Counted from the stretch's first letter, positions 45,407 through 60,001 are shown. The stretch is 64,000 nucleotides of DNA from Eledone cirrhosa (GCA_964016885.1 OZ024756.1:6014001-6078000); one strand, 5' to 3'. Program-made: numbers and translations. The notes: generated by a model not told the origin, from the letters alone.

Positions 45407-45409
<3 letters not shown>
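45072..45409. mobile_element. Asymmetric fold-back HHR element (14561 family) with an intact HHR at 45114-45179 (-)
   Basis: Reverse complement reads TATTTTGT CTGAGGA AGG..CCC GAAA TATATA TA ATGAAATA. The plus arm starts at about 45253 and has the same tail as 14932-15020. Confidence 0.88.
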
Positions 45410-45461
<52 letters not shown>

Positions 45462-45677
45462 CACATACACTACATCTACATGTTATTCTGGTACAATCTG
45501 GAAACAGAGCATATTTGTATTATAAATTGTATTGTAACTTGACAAATAGAAACCTATCCGGGCGAGAGAAGCAGAGAGAAGTGTTTCAAATATTTTGAAT
45601 TGGTTGCAGGCCGCATTTATTAAAACACCTTTAGAAATATGGAATTATTGCAAACACTACGAAGAAAAAATGTCTTT

Positions 45678-45793
<116 letters not shown>

Positions 45794-46055
45794 GAGGGGT
45801 GTATGAGTGTATATAAATATATATATATATAAAAAATCCCTATTCTATATTATGTTCACAGCAAACGCACTGCTTCTTTTTTTAATACATGCATATATAT
45901 ATATATATATATATGCATGTATGTAGGTATATAAATATAAATATATATATATATATGTATGCATGTATTCAAAAAAAAGAAGCAGTGTGTTTGCTGTGAA
46001 CATAATATAGAATAGGGATATTTTATATATATATATATATACATCCCTCTTATAT

Positions 46056-46091
<36 letters not shown>

Positions 46092-47269
46092 CCTTCGTAT
46101 ATATACATACATACACATATATATATATATATATATGCATATATGTATGTATGATTTGAAAGAAAGGAAGTAGTGTGTTTGCGGTGAACATAATATAAAG
46201 CAGGGTTATTTTATTGGAAACGTTATTGCAAATATTCTAAAAATATAGAGAAGAGAGACGAAAGGTTTATTGCAAAACGCTATAAAATATAAACGGTGGG
46301 AGTTTATTAAAAGAGATATAAGATAGAAATGGTGGATGGATGGAGGTAATGTAAACATTATAAAGTCCTGTTGATAACAAATGTTTCAAATTTGCATAAG
46401 GCAAACATTAAAATGGAGAAAAATGTAATCGGAAAAAAAATAGATTTAAGAAAACTAATAACAATAATAGTTAATAGATTTTTTTTTCCTGTCATATTTT
46501 TGTTAAAAAAATAATTTAACCTCGATGGTAATAATGTTTAACATTGGAGGATAATGGCGGGAGAAAGTTTGTGTTATTTACTGTAGTTACTATAGCAACA
46601 ATATAGAACGCCTGTTGATTGTGATAATGTTAACAGATATCTCAGGAATGGATATTGATGAATATTAAGGTGAGCTTAGGTAAACATTCTCAGCAATTGG
46701 GTTGTAGTAATTGATTGGTGGGGTGGTGGGGGTGGGAGTGGGGGTAGGGTGGTAGTGTGGGAGTGGTGGCGGTGGGGGAATAGGGGGCAGGTGGGGTGTA
46801 TTGGCGTTGGTGTTGGTAGCGTGGCGGTGGATAGGGTGCGGTGGGGGTTGGGAGTTGGGGGGGGGGGGGATTGTGGTGGTGTAGTGATTGCAGTAGTGTT
46901 GGTGGTGGTGTTTGTGGTGATAGTAGTGCTGATGGTAGTGCTGATGTTGGTGGTGCTGGAGGAGGAGATGGAATTGGTGGTGATGATAGTGGAGGTGGGG
47001 GTGATAGTGGTGATGGCGATGGAGGTGGTGAGTCACTTTGTTAAGGGTTTGGGGTGGGATGCACGCTGAAAGGATAGAGTTAGATATTGATTTCCATTAA
47101 CACACACACACACAAACACACACACACAAACACACACACACAAACAGACACAAACAGACACACACAAGCATAGATACACACAAACATATATATATAGAGA
47201 GAGAAAGGTGGATGTTAGCGAGAGAGAGTGAGAGTATGAAAGAGTGAGAGAGAGGGAAAGATAGAAACG

Positions 47270-47426
47270 TTTGTGCGTATATATATGTCTGTATACATAT
47301 ATATACACACACTTACACGGTTGTGCGTATACAAATGTTTGTATATATATATATACACACGCACACGCTTGTGTATGTATATATATATGCACACTTATAC
47401 ATTTGTGCGTATACATACGTTTGTAT

Positions 47427-47459
<33 letters not shown>

Positions 47460-47836
47460 CACACTTACACGTTTATGTGTATACATACGTTTGTATACAT
47501 ATATATATATATACACACACACACGTTTGTATGTATACATACATTTGTATACATATATATATATATATACATGCACTTACACGTTTGTGTGTATACATAC
47601 ATTTGTATACATATATATAAAAATACATACACGTTTGTGTGTATACATACGTTTGTATACATATATATGTACACATGTACACGTTTGTGCGTATACATGT
47701 GTTTGTATATATAAATATATAAATATATATATATATATACACACACTTACACGTTTGTGTGTATACATACGTTTGTATACATATATATATATATATACAC
47801 ATACACTTACACGTTTGTGTGTATACATACGTTTGT

Positions 47837-47882
<46 letters not shown>

Positions 47883-48035
47883 GTGTCTGTGTATACATAC
47901 GTTTGTATACACACATATATATATATATACACATACACTTACACGTGTATGTGTATACATACGTTTGTATACATATATATATATATATATATACACACAC
48001 GTACACATTTGTGAGTATACGTATGTTTGTATATA
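47270..48035. repeat. Degenerate 55-65 bp minisatellite built on TA/CA runs
   Basis: Recurring ACACTTACACGTTTGTGTGTATACATACGTTTGTATAC(AT)n. Confidence 0.85.
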
Positions 48036-48235
48036 TATTCAATTAGCGTACTCCACGTATCCCAGTCTACCTGGTCAATATATAACGACTGTTGTCATTG
48101 GACTATGTAGAATAGAAAGATGAATCATTAGTTCTGGGCTGACCACTTAAATAGACATTAATACTTCTGGGTAGTCCTGAAGACATACAACCACTTTTAC
48201 TGGGATGCCGGACTTACCTTTTAGAATTAGACTTA

Positions 48236-48776
48236 TTTCTACTTTTGGCACAAGGCCAGCAAATACTCAGTGAATTACTGGTACTTTATGTTATCGACCA
48301 CGTAAGGATGAAAAGCAAAGTCAACCTCGGCGGGATTTGAACTCAGATCGTAAAGGGACGTAACTATGCTGGAAAGCATGGCGTCTGACCCTCCACCGAT
48401 ACTGCCAATCCACCTTTTAGAATTATAATGGTTTCTACTTTTGGCACAAGGTCAGCAATAATCACAGTGTATTACTGGTACTTTATTTTATCGATCCCGG
48501 CAGGATTTGAACTCAGATCACAAAGGGAAGTAACACTATGCTTCAAAGCATAGCGTCAATGGTTTCTTATATAGGCACAAGGCCAGCAATTTTGAGGGAG
48601 GGGAATATCGATTAAATCGACCTCAGTGCGTGACTGGTACTTTATTTTGTCGACCCCGTAAGGATGAAAGCCAAAGTTAACCTCGGCGGGATTTGAACTG
48701 AGTCCGTAGAGGGCCGTAACTCTTTCCTGAAAAGCATGGCGTCCGACGCTCTACCGATACTGCCAATACACTGCCA
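48236..48776 (-). mobile_element. Cluster of three Meta-type SINEs
   Basis: Copies at 48236-48413, 48425-48557 (internally deleted) and 48558-48776. CCTTTTAGAATTA recurs at the junctions. Confidence 0.85.
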
Positions 48777-49121
48777 TACCTTTTAGAATTATAATAAAAA
48801 CTCTATTCATCTATGTTCATTTGTGTGGGTATGTGTGGTTATGTGTGGGTATGTGTGGATGAGTGAGAACGTGTGTATGTTTCTGTGTGTGTGGGCGAAT
48901 ATGTGTGTGTGTGTGTATGTGTGTGTCCATGTGCGTGTGTGAGTGAGAGAGTGTGTGTGTCTGTGTGAAAGAGAGAGAGAGGGAGAGAGGGGGAGAGAGA
49001 CAGATGGGAGAGAGTATGTGACTGTGTGACAGAGAGAGGGAGTGTGTGTGTGTGTGAAAGAGAGAGAGAGAGGGTGAGAGAGAGAGATAGAGAGAGGGAG
49101 AGAGGGAGAGAGAGAGAGAGG

Positions 49122-49185
<64 letters not shown>

Positions 49186-49486
49186 TGTATGTGTGTGTGT
49201 AGGTGAGACAGTTTATGTTTGTGAATGAGTGGACTGAAGGAGTCTGAACGAAAGTAACTTGCTCAATGTCTCAACATGGCGTCGAAAATCTAACTCACTG
49301 TTTTAAGATAGTTTGCCGGACACTCTTACCCCTAATCTATGGTTATCCCTCTACATATGATAGAGGAAGGCTTTTCCAAATACATTGTTGCTAGCTGACT
49401 AGACTAGAGCAATGTGAAATAAAGTGTTTTGTCCAAGGAGGCAAGGTGGCACCAGGAATCGAAATTACGACAGTACATACATGGGA

Positions 49487-49722
49487 CTTAGGGCATCAAC
49501 ATACGTTAACCTTGGTCTTCCCCTTCTAGTGTGTCCATGTAGGGGCTCCCAAAGGAGCACTGAGTGCAATGTCAACTCTGGATGTCGGTGAGCATGTCCA
49601 ACTAACCTCAGTCTCCTCTGTATCACTTTTGAGTGTATGGCAGCGATAATGAGGCAGAGAGACCGCTGGAGAGAACTCGTCCATGGAACTCGGGAATTTT
49701 ACCCGTCTTAGATAGATAGATA
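49487..49722. mobile_element. RTE-clade LINE 3' fragment with 5' inversion
   Basis: 49487-49634 (-) and 49637-49722 (+) both match 55217-55470. (TAGA)n tail; ATACATGG direct repeat on both flanks. Confidence 0.85.
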
Positions 49723-49818
49723 CATGGAACTAACACCTTAACACCGGAAACACTAATTACACTCTTTCACAAAACATATGTACTGACGTAAACAGATATA
49801 CATAGATCTCCCATCTTA

Positions 49819-49857
<39 letters not shown>

Positions 49858-49859
49858 AA

Positions 49860-50165
49860 TAGGGAGACACACAACAGGCTTTGTTTACAAAAGGCTAGCG
49901 AATTTGAAAATTAGGTAGGAACATATGCTTACGCCGTATTTGATTAAATAGAATTACTCTAGTATTAGTTGGTATTTTAAAAAAAACCTCTGAATGGAAA
50001 CAAAAAGGATGAATATTGAGGTACGTGGGACACGAACTCACAATTTTGGTTTGCCAACTAACAGACTAATTATATTTAGTAAAATACCACGGAACCATAT
50101 GTTACTACCTAATTTTTAAATTCACTAGCCGTTTGTAAACAAAACCTGCTTTGTCTCTTCCAATT
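49860..50165. mobile_element. Diverged MITE-like or fold-back element
   Basis: Imperfect terminal inverted repeats of about 65 bp (..TTTGTTTACAAAAGGCTAGCGAATTT..CATATG / CATATG..AAATTCACTAGCCGTTTGTAAACAAA..). Confidence 0.6.
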
Positions 50166-51089
50166 TATATACGTGCTATGGTTATCTAGGTTCCAATAGA
50201 TTGGGTGGCATGTTGGTGCAATGGTTACACATTGGTTCGGCAAATCAAATGAAATTAATGCTGTCACGTGAACAAGTTTTCATTAAATGTTCGCGCCCTT
50301 ATTTGGAAATCTATTCTGTAGCCTTTTAAGATAATTTTATGACAAGCAAAAGATAATTGTCAAGAGAAATGGGATGGGAGATTTGTTCTGGTTCAGTGAA
50401 TATGGTTAGTTCGCTGGGGTGTCAGAATTCAGATTTTCTATTGAAGTAAAGAAAGTAAAGATGTGTATGTTTATTTGTGTGCTTGTGTGTGTGGGTGCGT
50501 GTGTGTGTGTATTGGAAGATGATTCTATTAGTAGAAATGGGGGAGGGAGTTGTGTGTGTGTGTGTATATGGTTGTTATGTGTGTGTGTGGGAGTATGTTA
50601 AGATGGAGAGAATATATATATTTTGTGTGTGTGTATATATGTGTGTAGGAAAGTGATTCTATTAGTAGAAATGGGGAGGGAGTTGTGTGTGGGGGTGGTG
50701 TTGTTATGTGTGTGTATGGGTGTTATGTGTGTGGGAGTATGGTTAGCATGTTAAGATGAAGAGAATATATATATATATTGTGTGTGTGGGTGTGTAGGAA
50801 AATGATTCCTTTAGTAGGAATATTTTTGAATGAACATATTTTCCTTCCTTATTCGTATTTGTTCTGTTGTATTGTCAGCGCAAACGTATGTTAAGGTTTA
50901 TTTAGTTCGGGTTTTTTATTTTCTAAAGTAGCAGGTGTTATGTGTGTGTGTATGTGTGTCTGTTTGGATGGTTACATGTTATGGTGTTGACATAATGTAT
51001 ATTAAATCATATTTAATGCTGGTCTATATTTTTGAATAAACATATTTTCCTTATTTATTCGTATTTGTTCTGTTGTATTGTTAGCGCAA

Positions 51090-51430
51090 AGGTAAAATGG
51101 GAAGACTTGGAATTTGTGTGTCTTATTACTTGCGCATATGTCTAGCTTGCGCTTAGTGGTATCTGTCTCGTGGTTGGATCTCGTAATTGTTGGCGATGAA
51201 CTGTCATTCTGTTTCTGAGTGTGAGTTTAGTTTGTCCTATATAATCTTCATTGCATCCTTTACATTTAATGGCATAAATTAGATTATTTGATGAGCAAGT
51301 GAAGTGATTTTTACAGAAAAAATTTTGTCCTGATTTAAATGTATACGTGTTGCCTTCAATGAGGTGAGTGCAGGTTCCACAATTAGAGCGACCACAATTT
51401 TTTTACAATTGTTTGTGGGTTTGTGGTAGG
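51090..51430 (-). pseudogene. PLE GIY-YIG endonuclease remnant (not in the ORF track)
   Basis: Minus frame reads YTFKSGQNFFCKNHFTCSSNNLIYAIKCKGCNEDYIGQTKLTLRNRMTVHRQQLRD. Confidence 0.88.
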
Positions 51431-51496
51431 TAATTTGGCATTGGTGAGTAATGTTTTCAGTGATTTCGGTTGTCTTATATATATATATATATATAT

Positions 51497-51756
51497 TCAA
51501 GTAAGAATATTTTCGAAACAGCGATTGGGTTTGAAATTATTAGAATTGTAAGCTATCGCCGTATTTTGACGAAAGAAATTAAAGAAAATATTTAGCCCGA
51601 TAGTGGGGTTAAGAAGCCTCGGAGAAATGGAAAAAGATGAGTATTGACGTACAATACTCATATTTTTCCATTTCTCCGAGGGTTCTTAACCCCACTGTCA
51701 GGCTAAATAATTTCTTTAATTTCTTTAGTCAAAATACGGCGATAGGTTACATTTCT

Positions 51757-51760
<4 letters not shown>
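51497..51760. mobile_element. Asymmetric fold-back in (TA)n, about 110-bp arms
   Basis: Arms about 51538-51646 and 51652-51760 around ACGTA; about 40-nt tail on the left. Confidence 0.8.
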
Positions 51761-51809
<49 letters not shown>

Positions 51810-52245
51810 GTTAAAAGAATAGAGGTGTAACACACAAGTTATTATATATTGGTAAACGGAATAGAAAATGCTGACAAATTGTTCACAGTTGAAAAATGGT
51901 TTAATTAGGAATAAAAGAGTATTAGTGATTGTATGGGTTAGTATTCAGTTGTGGTTTTAAGTTTTTAAGTTTTTACCGGTTGCGCATTTCTAAATGCTTT
52001 TCAAAAATAATTTTGAGATAGAGTGTCCGTGCTGTTTGCTCTGATCTGATTAGTTTTGGGAATTCTACCTGTTTTTATGTTAAAAAAGAGGCTCCAGCGT
52101 TATTTTTGTGTTGCAAAAATGCTTGTGGTCAAAACAATTTTGATTGGTCGGTAGAGGTCATGTGGATAAAAAAATTGGTTTTGCGCCAAGATTGAGAAAT
52201 GACTCTTTCACAACAAATATGTGTGTGTGTGTGTGTATGTATGTG

Positions 52246-52284
<39 letters not shown>

Positions 52285-52355
52285 AGTAGTAGTAGTAAGG
52301 TGTTCGATGTTGCGACAATGGCCAGCAGCGATGTGTGTCAAATGGCTATTAAGAT

Positions 52356-52442
<87 letters not shown>

Positions 52443-53612
52443 GCAGAGTAATTCGATGGTCAGTAAGAATGTGTCTGAAAGCAATGGGGGGTATTTTAGC
52501 ATGTCAAAAGATATTTTTCAGCTTTTGTCTTATACGGAGAAGTGCGTGTGTGTGTGTGTGTGTGTGTGTGTATAAGTCTCTTTGTATGTTGATGTACGCG
52601 TGTGTATGTGTTTGTGTATATATGTGTGTGTGTGTGTGTGGGTGGACCAGTATTGTTTTCCCCCTGGTAAAATGGTGTACATTATTCGATTTTTTCAGTA
52701 AAATCGGTTCTCTTAATAGAACATCAAAAATCTTAACAATAAAAGGTGTGAAATGATATTCACTATATATATATACACACATACATATATTCACTACATA
52801 TATATATATATATACATATATACATACATATATATATGCACATATATTTTTTTGTATTGCACCATAGAGCATGTGTGTTTACGTGTGTCATTGTGTTTAT
52901 ATGTGGGTAGAGATGTGTGCTGATGTAGGTATGTATGTTGACGTGTGAATGTTGTGGGTTCGTCTTAGGGAGAAGTGTTTAGACGGGGTCCGTATTTGTT
53001 AATGAAGTAAGATTCCTTGCTGATGCGCTGGGTGTGGATGGCATTATCTTTAAATTTGTAGAGGGGAAAGATTCTGAAGTTGGGATGATTTTGGGCGGCA
53101 CAGGTATCAATGTGTTCACTCAGTGGTATTTTCCTGTATTCCCGTATTTTAATTTGGGATCTATGGACAGTCATGCGTTGGCGGAGGCTGTTTTTGGTCT
53201 GGCCTATGTACTGTTCTCGACAACCTGAACAAGTTAATACATATATTAGATTTTCCGATGCACATGTGAAATTGTGTTTTACTATAAAACGTTGTCCATC
53301 TTTGAAATAGAATTCCGAACCCTCTATTAGGTTGATGCAAATGCCACAGTTAGGTCTATCGCATTTTTTACTGTGGGTTTCGTTGTTGTGGTTGGCAGTA
53401 CTTTGGCATGTGTTAAGATGTTTTTCATTGACTTGGATTGTCTTTTGCTCTTTATGATATCGTGTGTTCGTAGAATTTGGTTCATTCTATGGTCCTTTTT
53501 CAATACAGGGATGTTGAATACTAACCCATACAATCACTAATACTCTTTTATTCCTAATTAAACCATTTTTCAACTGTGAAAAATTTGTCAGCATTTTCTA
53601 TTTCGTTTACCA
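51810..53612 (-). mobile_element. 5'-truncated PLE with CA-rich 3' region and an inverted terminal fragment
   Basis: 52965-53520 (-) encodes ..FTCASENLIYVLTCSGCREQYIGQTKNSLRQRMTVHRSQI..KESYFINKYGPRLN (frameshifted upstream). 51810-52030 and inverted 53516-53612 match 328-715. Confidence 0.85.
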
Positions 53613-53779
53613 ATATATATATATATGTATATATAGACACATACAAGACTTCATCCACCGTATGCAGTTCTCTGGTTACAATCAGAGAGATAAAATCAAA
53701 GTATATAGAGGAGCCAGAACTAAATGGGAAAAAATGGCGAATAATGATACAAATGGGACCTGCCCCTTGTATAGTAGCT

Positions 53780-54391
53780 AATTTTGGAATAGAATAGAAA
53801 GAAATAGGAATAAGGTCAATGGAATAAACTCATGGTATGATAGCAATAAATACCAGGGTGTAATATTCATCAATACAAACCCTAAAGGGAAATTAGCTTA
53901 CGAATTTAGAAGGGACCTAGATAAACATAAACTCAATATTAAGATAGTAGACAGACCAGGTACCTCCATAAAAACACTTATTAGCAATACATACCCTTTT
54001 CAAAGACCTCCCTATATAGATAAGAAATGTATAATCTGTAAACTAAGTCCCCATATTAATTGTAAAACTAGAAATGTAGTATATAGCATAAGATGTACTA
54101 AGAAGGACAATGAAGAATACAGTGTACATAGGTGAGATATCTGCTAGTATAGGAGAACGAATAAATGAACACTGGCGAGACCTTCAAGATAAAAGAGAAT
54201 CATCTGTAATCCACCAACATGCTAAAATAGAACATACGGGTAAATTAGGGAATATAGAAATAAAAATAGAATCTACACACAGAAAAGACGCAATGTTTAG
54301 ACAAATCACAGAGGCAATAGACATAAATGAACTCCAACCAAAATTAAATAGAAAAGATGAATGGAATAGTAACATCACAACTTGTAATTAA
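53780..54391 (+). pseudogene. PLE linker plus GIY-YIG endonuclease, one frameshift near 54110 (third PLE type in the window)
   Basis: Reads SWYDSNKYQGVIFINTNP..KIVDRPGTSIK..CIICK..INCKTRNVVYSIRC, then VYIGEISASIGERINEH..SVIHQHAKIEH..RQITEAIDI..LNRKDEW. Confidence 0.9.
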
Positions 54392-54590
54392 GGAAAAAAT
54401 GAAAACACACACACACATAGAACAAACAACCAACCAGTAACATGTAAATAAACAAATAAATAAACAAATATAAACACACACAGACACCCGGATGTAACAC
54501 ATACGCATACTAAGCACCCAATACACACAAAAACAAGATGGCGTAGGACAGAACAAAGGAGAGGCACAAAAACCAAGAAAAGAATCCCCA

Positions 54591-54633
54591 GTCACTGAAG
54601 AGGTCACATAATGTGTGACGAAAGAACTTTGAC
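54591..54633 (+). ncRNA. Minimal hammerhead ribozyme 200 bp downstream of the PLE ORF
   Basis: GTCA CTGAAGA G GTCACA-TAATG-TGTGAC GAAA GAAC TT TGAC. Confidence 0.85.
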
Positions 54634-54867
54634 AATATATGAACAACCGTCCAGTTGTGGAACTAACCAACGAGCCGGAAATTTATAAATTCTTACATTT
54701 ATAAATTTAATTTATAATAAATTGGAGTGAAAAAAACTGGTGCGTGTGTTTCTTATTGGCAACATGACCCTCTCAAAGCATAACAATATCGGTTTCAACA
54801 CACGTTTTCATATAAAGAATCTTGCTAAACAAATTCAGAAACGAAAGATATATATATATATATATAT

Positions 54868-55007
54868 ATTATCAGAACAGATTAAACTCCAAGCAATGAA
54901 TCGCTGCTGTCAACCTTAACGGGAGCTTCAGAAGATCCCGTTAAGGGTGAAAGCAACGATCATTTGCTTGAACTTTAATCTGTTCTTATAATAAATATTT
55001 GCTTTAC

Positions 55008-55012
<5 letters not shown>
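54868..55012. mobile_element. Fold-back centred on a decayed HHR core
   Basis: Arms meet at GGGAGCTTCAGAAGATCCC. Consensus of the two arms is CTGAAGA TCCC-GTTAA-GGGT GAAA GCAA..TTGC TT. Confidence 0.65.
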
Positions 55013-55061
<49 letters not shown>

Positions 55062-55204
55062 TGAGCTAGACTTAGTTTATATATATATATAAATGAAAAG
55101 TATAGAAATTATTCTAGCAAGAAGCCAAAATTATTCTAGCAAGAAGCCAACATTATTCCATAATATATATATATATATATATAAGCCAACAGTATTCCAT
55201 AATA

Positions 55205-55802
55205 TATCTATCTATCTATGGCGGGTAAAATTCCCGAGATCCATGGACGAGTTCTCTCCAGCGGTCTCTGTTCTTCATTATCGCTGCCATGTCCTGCATC
55301 TCCAACAGGCCAGTGTCTGTCCTTAGGGCATCAACATACGTTACCCTTGGTCTTCCAATTCTAGTGTGTCCATGCAGGGGCTCCCACTGGAGCACTGAGT
55401 GCAATGTCAACTCTGGATGTCGGTGAGCATGTCCAGCTAACCTCAATCTCCTCTATGTCACTTTTGAGCTGACTTTTGGGATGCTCCCATACAGCTCTCA
55501 GTTTTTCATCCTCAGTGTATACTGATTAATGTTCAGAGCCATCCTCAGCATTCTCGTGTAGCACCCATCCACCATCTGAGTGAGTTTCTTGGTCAGTGTC
55601 CAAATCTCAGACCCGTACAGCAGCACAGATTCCACTACAGCAATGAAGACTACCTTTTTATCATCGTAGTGGACTATTGTATGCGCCTTGCACTGGGGAA
55701 ACACCAGGATTCTGGTTTTACTGTAGCACCGGCTCAGAGCAGGATAGTTAAGGCGAAAAATGTATCGGATGCTGAATTTGCCGACGACATAGTTTTGGTG
55801 AC
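55205..55802. mobile_element. RTE-clade LINE fragment with 5' inversion
   Basis: Minus 55650-55216 reads VESVLLYGSEIWTLTK..DGCYTRMLRMAL..RLAGH..GRPRVTYVD..DRWR with a (TAGA)n tail. Plus 55651-55802 reads YLFIIVVDY..EFADDIVL (RT catalytic motif). Confidence 0.92.
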
Positions 55803-56495
55803 AATATATATATATATAGAAACCTTATCGAGCCCTCTTCGGATTTTAGTCTTCACATTCATTATTACTGTGTGTATGTATATGTATATTGAGGAAAACT
55901 TTAAAAAGTTTCGTTTACTTGTAGTTGATTTTTTAATGTATATCGATGTGCTATGCTCGTACCGCAGAAGATTGGCTAAAGCTTGCCCATAGACGCTATT
56001 GAGCGACTCAATTATTGATCTTCTCATTAGACTGATGAATCGATGAGAAATGCAGTGTTTGATGTGACCGATAGGATGTGGGGTATATATAAACCCGGGT
56101 CCTATTTCTTTTCGTGGGTGAAGGAGTATGGGTGGGGTTGAGTGCATAGTCAGGACTATGAACATATATTTTATATATAGAAAATGAGGGGTTTTTTTAT
56201 ATAAAAAAAACACGAATGAAAAAAACGAGATGTCCTACACGGATGAAAGTATAAGGTAAAGAAATTGAGAATGCAACTGAAATCTTTGAAGAATATTTAT
56301 TTATTTACTTTACTGGTATCACAGTTCTTATGTTTTTCAAAAGTAACATTGAGATGGAGGTCTTGTGTTTCTGTTGGGGTCAGGATAGAACCAGTTTTAA
56401 ACTAGTTAGACCATTACTCAACAGAGCACTGAATACTTGGGCTAGTAGAGTGTGGTTATATTAGAATGTGTCCGGGCCCAATATATATATATATA

Positions 56496-56585
56496 AAGGG
56501 TGTCCCCAAAAAATTGACATCATTGAGCTAGACTTAGTAGTTTTCGAGATATTTGCTTTTAAAATGTCAAATCTTTTGGGACACC

Positions 56586-56588
<3 letters not shown>
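56496..56588. mobile_element. Tc1/mariner-type MITE
   Basis: TIRs AAGGGTGTCCCCAAAAAATTGACAT / ATGTCAAATCTTTTGGGACACCCTG, flanked by TA. Confidence 0.75.
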
Positions 56589-56638
<50 letters not shown>

Positions 56639-56766
56639 AAACGAAGGAAGTGTCGTAAGGAACCAGGTGGACCATTACACACCAGAGTACTCAATACTTA
56701 GGGTAGTAGAGTGGGTAATAGGAACATGTTCAAGACTCTGACGGCAGAGCTCAAGCCGTTTCGACG

Positions 56767-56815
<49 letters not shown>

Positions 56816-56820
56816 ATCTA

Positions 56821-56884
<64 letters not shown>

Positions 56885-57950
56885 TGTGTGTTTGTATGTG
56901 TATGGATATATATATATATGTCTGTGTGTGTGTTGAAAGAGAGGGAAAGATGGTTGATATAATAGAAGCCAGTATACTACCGCCAATATATAACAGAAAA
57001 TATATAAAGTAATATATCTTTATTTCTGAGATTTTATTATTTTATTGTGTTTGTCCGAAATATTTCAATGTACTCGGTCGGTGGTGAAATAGCTAAGTGG
57101 AAATCTATATCACCAGTGGGAACCTCTTAAGAATTCAATATTTTCCCAAAAATATAGGATGGTTTTGCACTTTATGAAATGTTCAATGTCACTGAACTAA
57201 TGTTGTTTTATCGTTTATCTGAATATATCTTATCTGGTTTAATAAAACTAGACTTTGCTGTATAAGCGCTGTGAAATTTTATATATATATATGTTTCATG
57301 AAGGAAAATAATAGATTTCGCTAAAGTCTTTTTGGAATATTATGGTCAATATCATAATAATATCATTCTTTTTTATTTATCAGTGTGCCAGAGGTGAAAG
57401 ACCAGTATGGCTAGTCCTTCTCATAGTCACTGGAATAGTCGAGGGGAAGAAAGAATGGGATTCTCAAACTAGATCCTTGACATGAAAGAATGCCAACAGA
57501 GTGAACTACGCTTAATACACGAAACACGAAGAGGTATTGTTAAACTGGGAGACGCATTAATCCTACAACTCGAGAATAGGCAAAAACCATCATTAGGGCT
57601 TCCCTAGTTTCCGTCTAGCTATTTTAATTCACAACGCTTTTGATCGATCCGAGATTACCGCGTTACCGCCAAGTTACCGCGAAGTCTGGTCCAACCAGAA
57701 ACTTAGTCGTTGCGAAACTAGTTCCTTAAACTAACATAGTATCTTGTTGTATATATGGAACTAGAACTTCGTAATTTTCAAGATCTAGTCAGAGTTGCCT
57801 ACGCCTGTCACCTGATGTTGATGTGACAAGACACTCAATTGCTACATAGAAGACCTGTCTTAATTCACAAAGGGTAGGCTATATGTGAATATATATGTCA
57901 GATTGATGGTCGAATCGTTAATCTCTGCAGATAATTTGGGATATATTCTC

Positions 57951-58970
57951 AATGTTACATTTCATGCTAAAACAAAGTGTAATGTTACATTTCATGCTAA
58001 AACAAAGTGTAATGTTACATTTCATGCTAAAACAAAGTGTAATGTTACATTTCATGCTAAGACAAAGTGTAATGTTACATTTCATGCTAAGACAAAGTGT
58101 AATGTTACATTTCATGCTAAAACAAAGTGTAATGTTACATTTCATGCTAAAACAAAGTGTAATGTTACATTTCATGCTAAGACAAAGTGTAATGTTACAT
58201 TTCATGCTAAAACAAAGTGTAATGTTACATTTCATGCTAAAACAACGTGTAATGTTACATTTCATGCTAAAACAAAGTGTAATGTTACATTTCATGCTAA
58301 GACAAAGTGTAATGTTACATTTCATGCTAAAACAAAGTGTAATGTTACATTTCATGCTAAAACAAAGTGTAATGTTACATTTCATGCTAAAACAAAGTGT
58401 AATGTTACATTTCATGCTAAGACAAAGTGTAATGTTACATTTCATGCTAAAACAAAGTGTAATGTTACATTTCATGCTAAAACAAAGTGTAATGTTATAT
58501 TTCATGCTAAGACAAAGTGTAATGTTACATTTCATGCTAAAACAAAGTGTAATGTTACATTTCATGCTAAAACAAAGTGTAATGTTACATTTCATGCTAA
58601 AACAAAGTGTAATGTTACATTTCATGCTAAGACAAAGTGTAATGTTACATTTCATGCTAAAACAAAGTGTAATGTTACATTTCATGCTAAAACAAATTGT
58701 AATGTTACATTTCATGCTAAGACAAAGTGTAATGTTACATTTCATGCTAAAACAAAGTGTAATGTTACATTTCATGCTAAAACAAAGTGTAATGTTGCAT
58801 TTCATGCTAAGACAAAGTGTAATGTTACATTTCATGCTAAAACAAATGTAATGTTACATTTAATGCTAAAACAAAGTGTAATGTTACATTTCATGCTAAG
58901 ACAAAGTGTAATGTCACATTTCATGCTAAAACAAAGTGTAATGTTACATTCCATGCTAAAACAAAGTGTA
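57951..58970. repeat. 30-bp minisatellite, about 34 copies
   Basis: Unit AATGTTACATTTCATGCTAAAACAAAGTGT. Confidence 0.97.
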
Positions 58971-59464
58971 CTTTGATGGTGCAAAGTTTTAAAGTGTTGT
59001 ACTCAGTAAATAGACAACATATATAACATGGGAGTTTTGAGGCACTGAGTACAGAACCGCTTCACCCATTACATCTGTCGATGAGAGGAAGATCAAACCT
59101 TCATTCTGTCACTTATAGGATATGAAATTATAACTGTTTCTACTTTAGGCACAAGGCCAGCAATTACCCAGTGCATTACTGCTATAACGCAATTCTTTTC
59201 TACAATATGAGTGATATGTACAATACTATATCTCTCTGTCTCCTTCACACACACACACATATATATGCATGTGAATATTTACATCGATATAATTATATAT
59301 GACAGACTTCTGCCATTTCCGTGCAGCAAATTACACAGACATGTCTTAGTCAACACAAGACTACATTTAAAGAAACTTGTACAAATCACTGATCAGCGAA
59401 ATTGAACCCGGAACCGGATGTTTGCGAAGTGGACTCCTTAACCTCATGCCCATGCATTGCGCGC

Positions 59465-59609
<145 letters not shown>

Positions 59610-59610
59610 T

Positions 59611-60001
<391 letters not shown>

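Noticed and set aside
46665-47069. His/Pro-rich or Gly/Val-rich ORFs
   Set aside because: GT/GGT low-complexity sequence open in several frames, with no splice support.
57885-58976. 363-aa CNVTFHAKTK ORF
   Set aside because: 30-bp minisatellite open in three frames; no sign of coding constraint.
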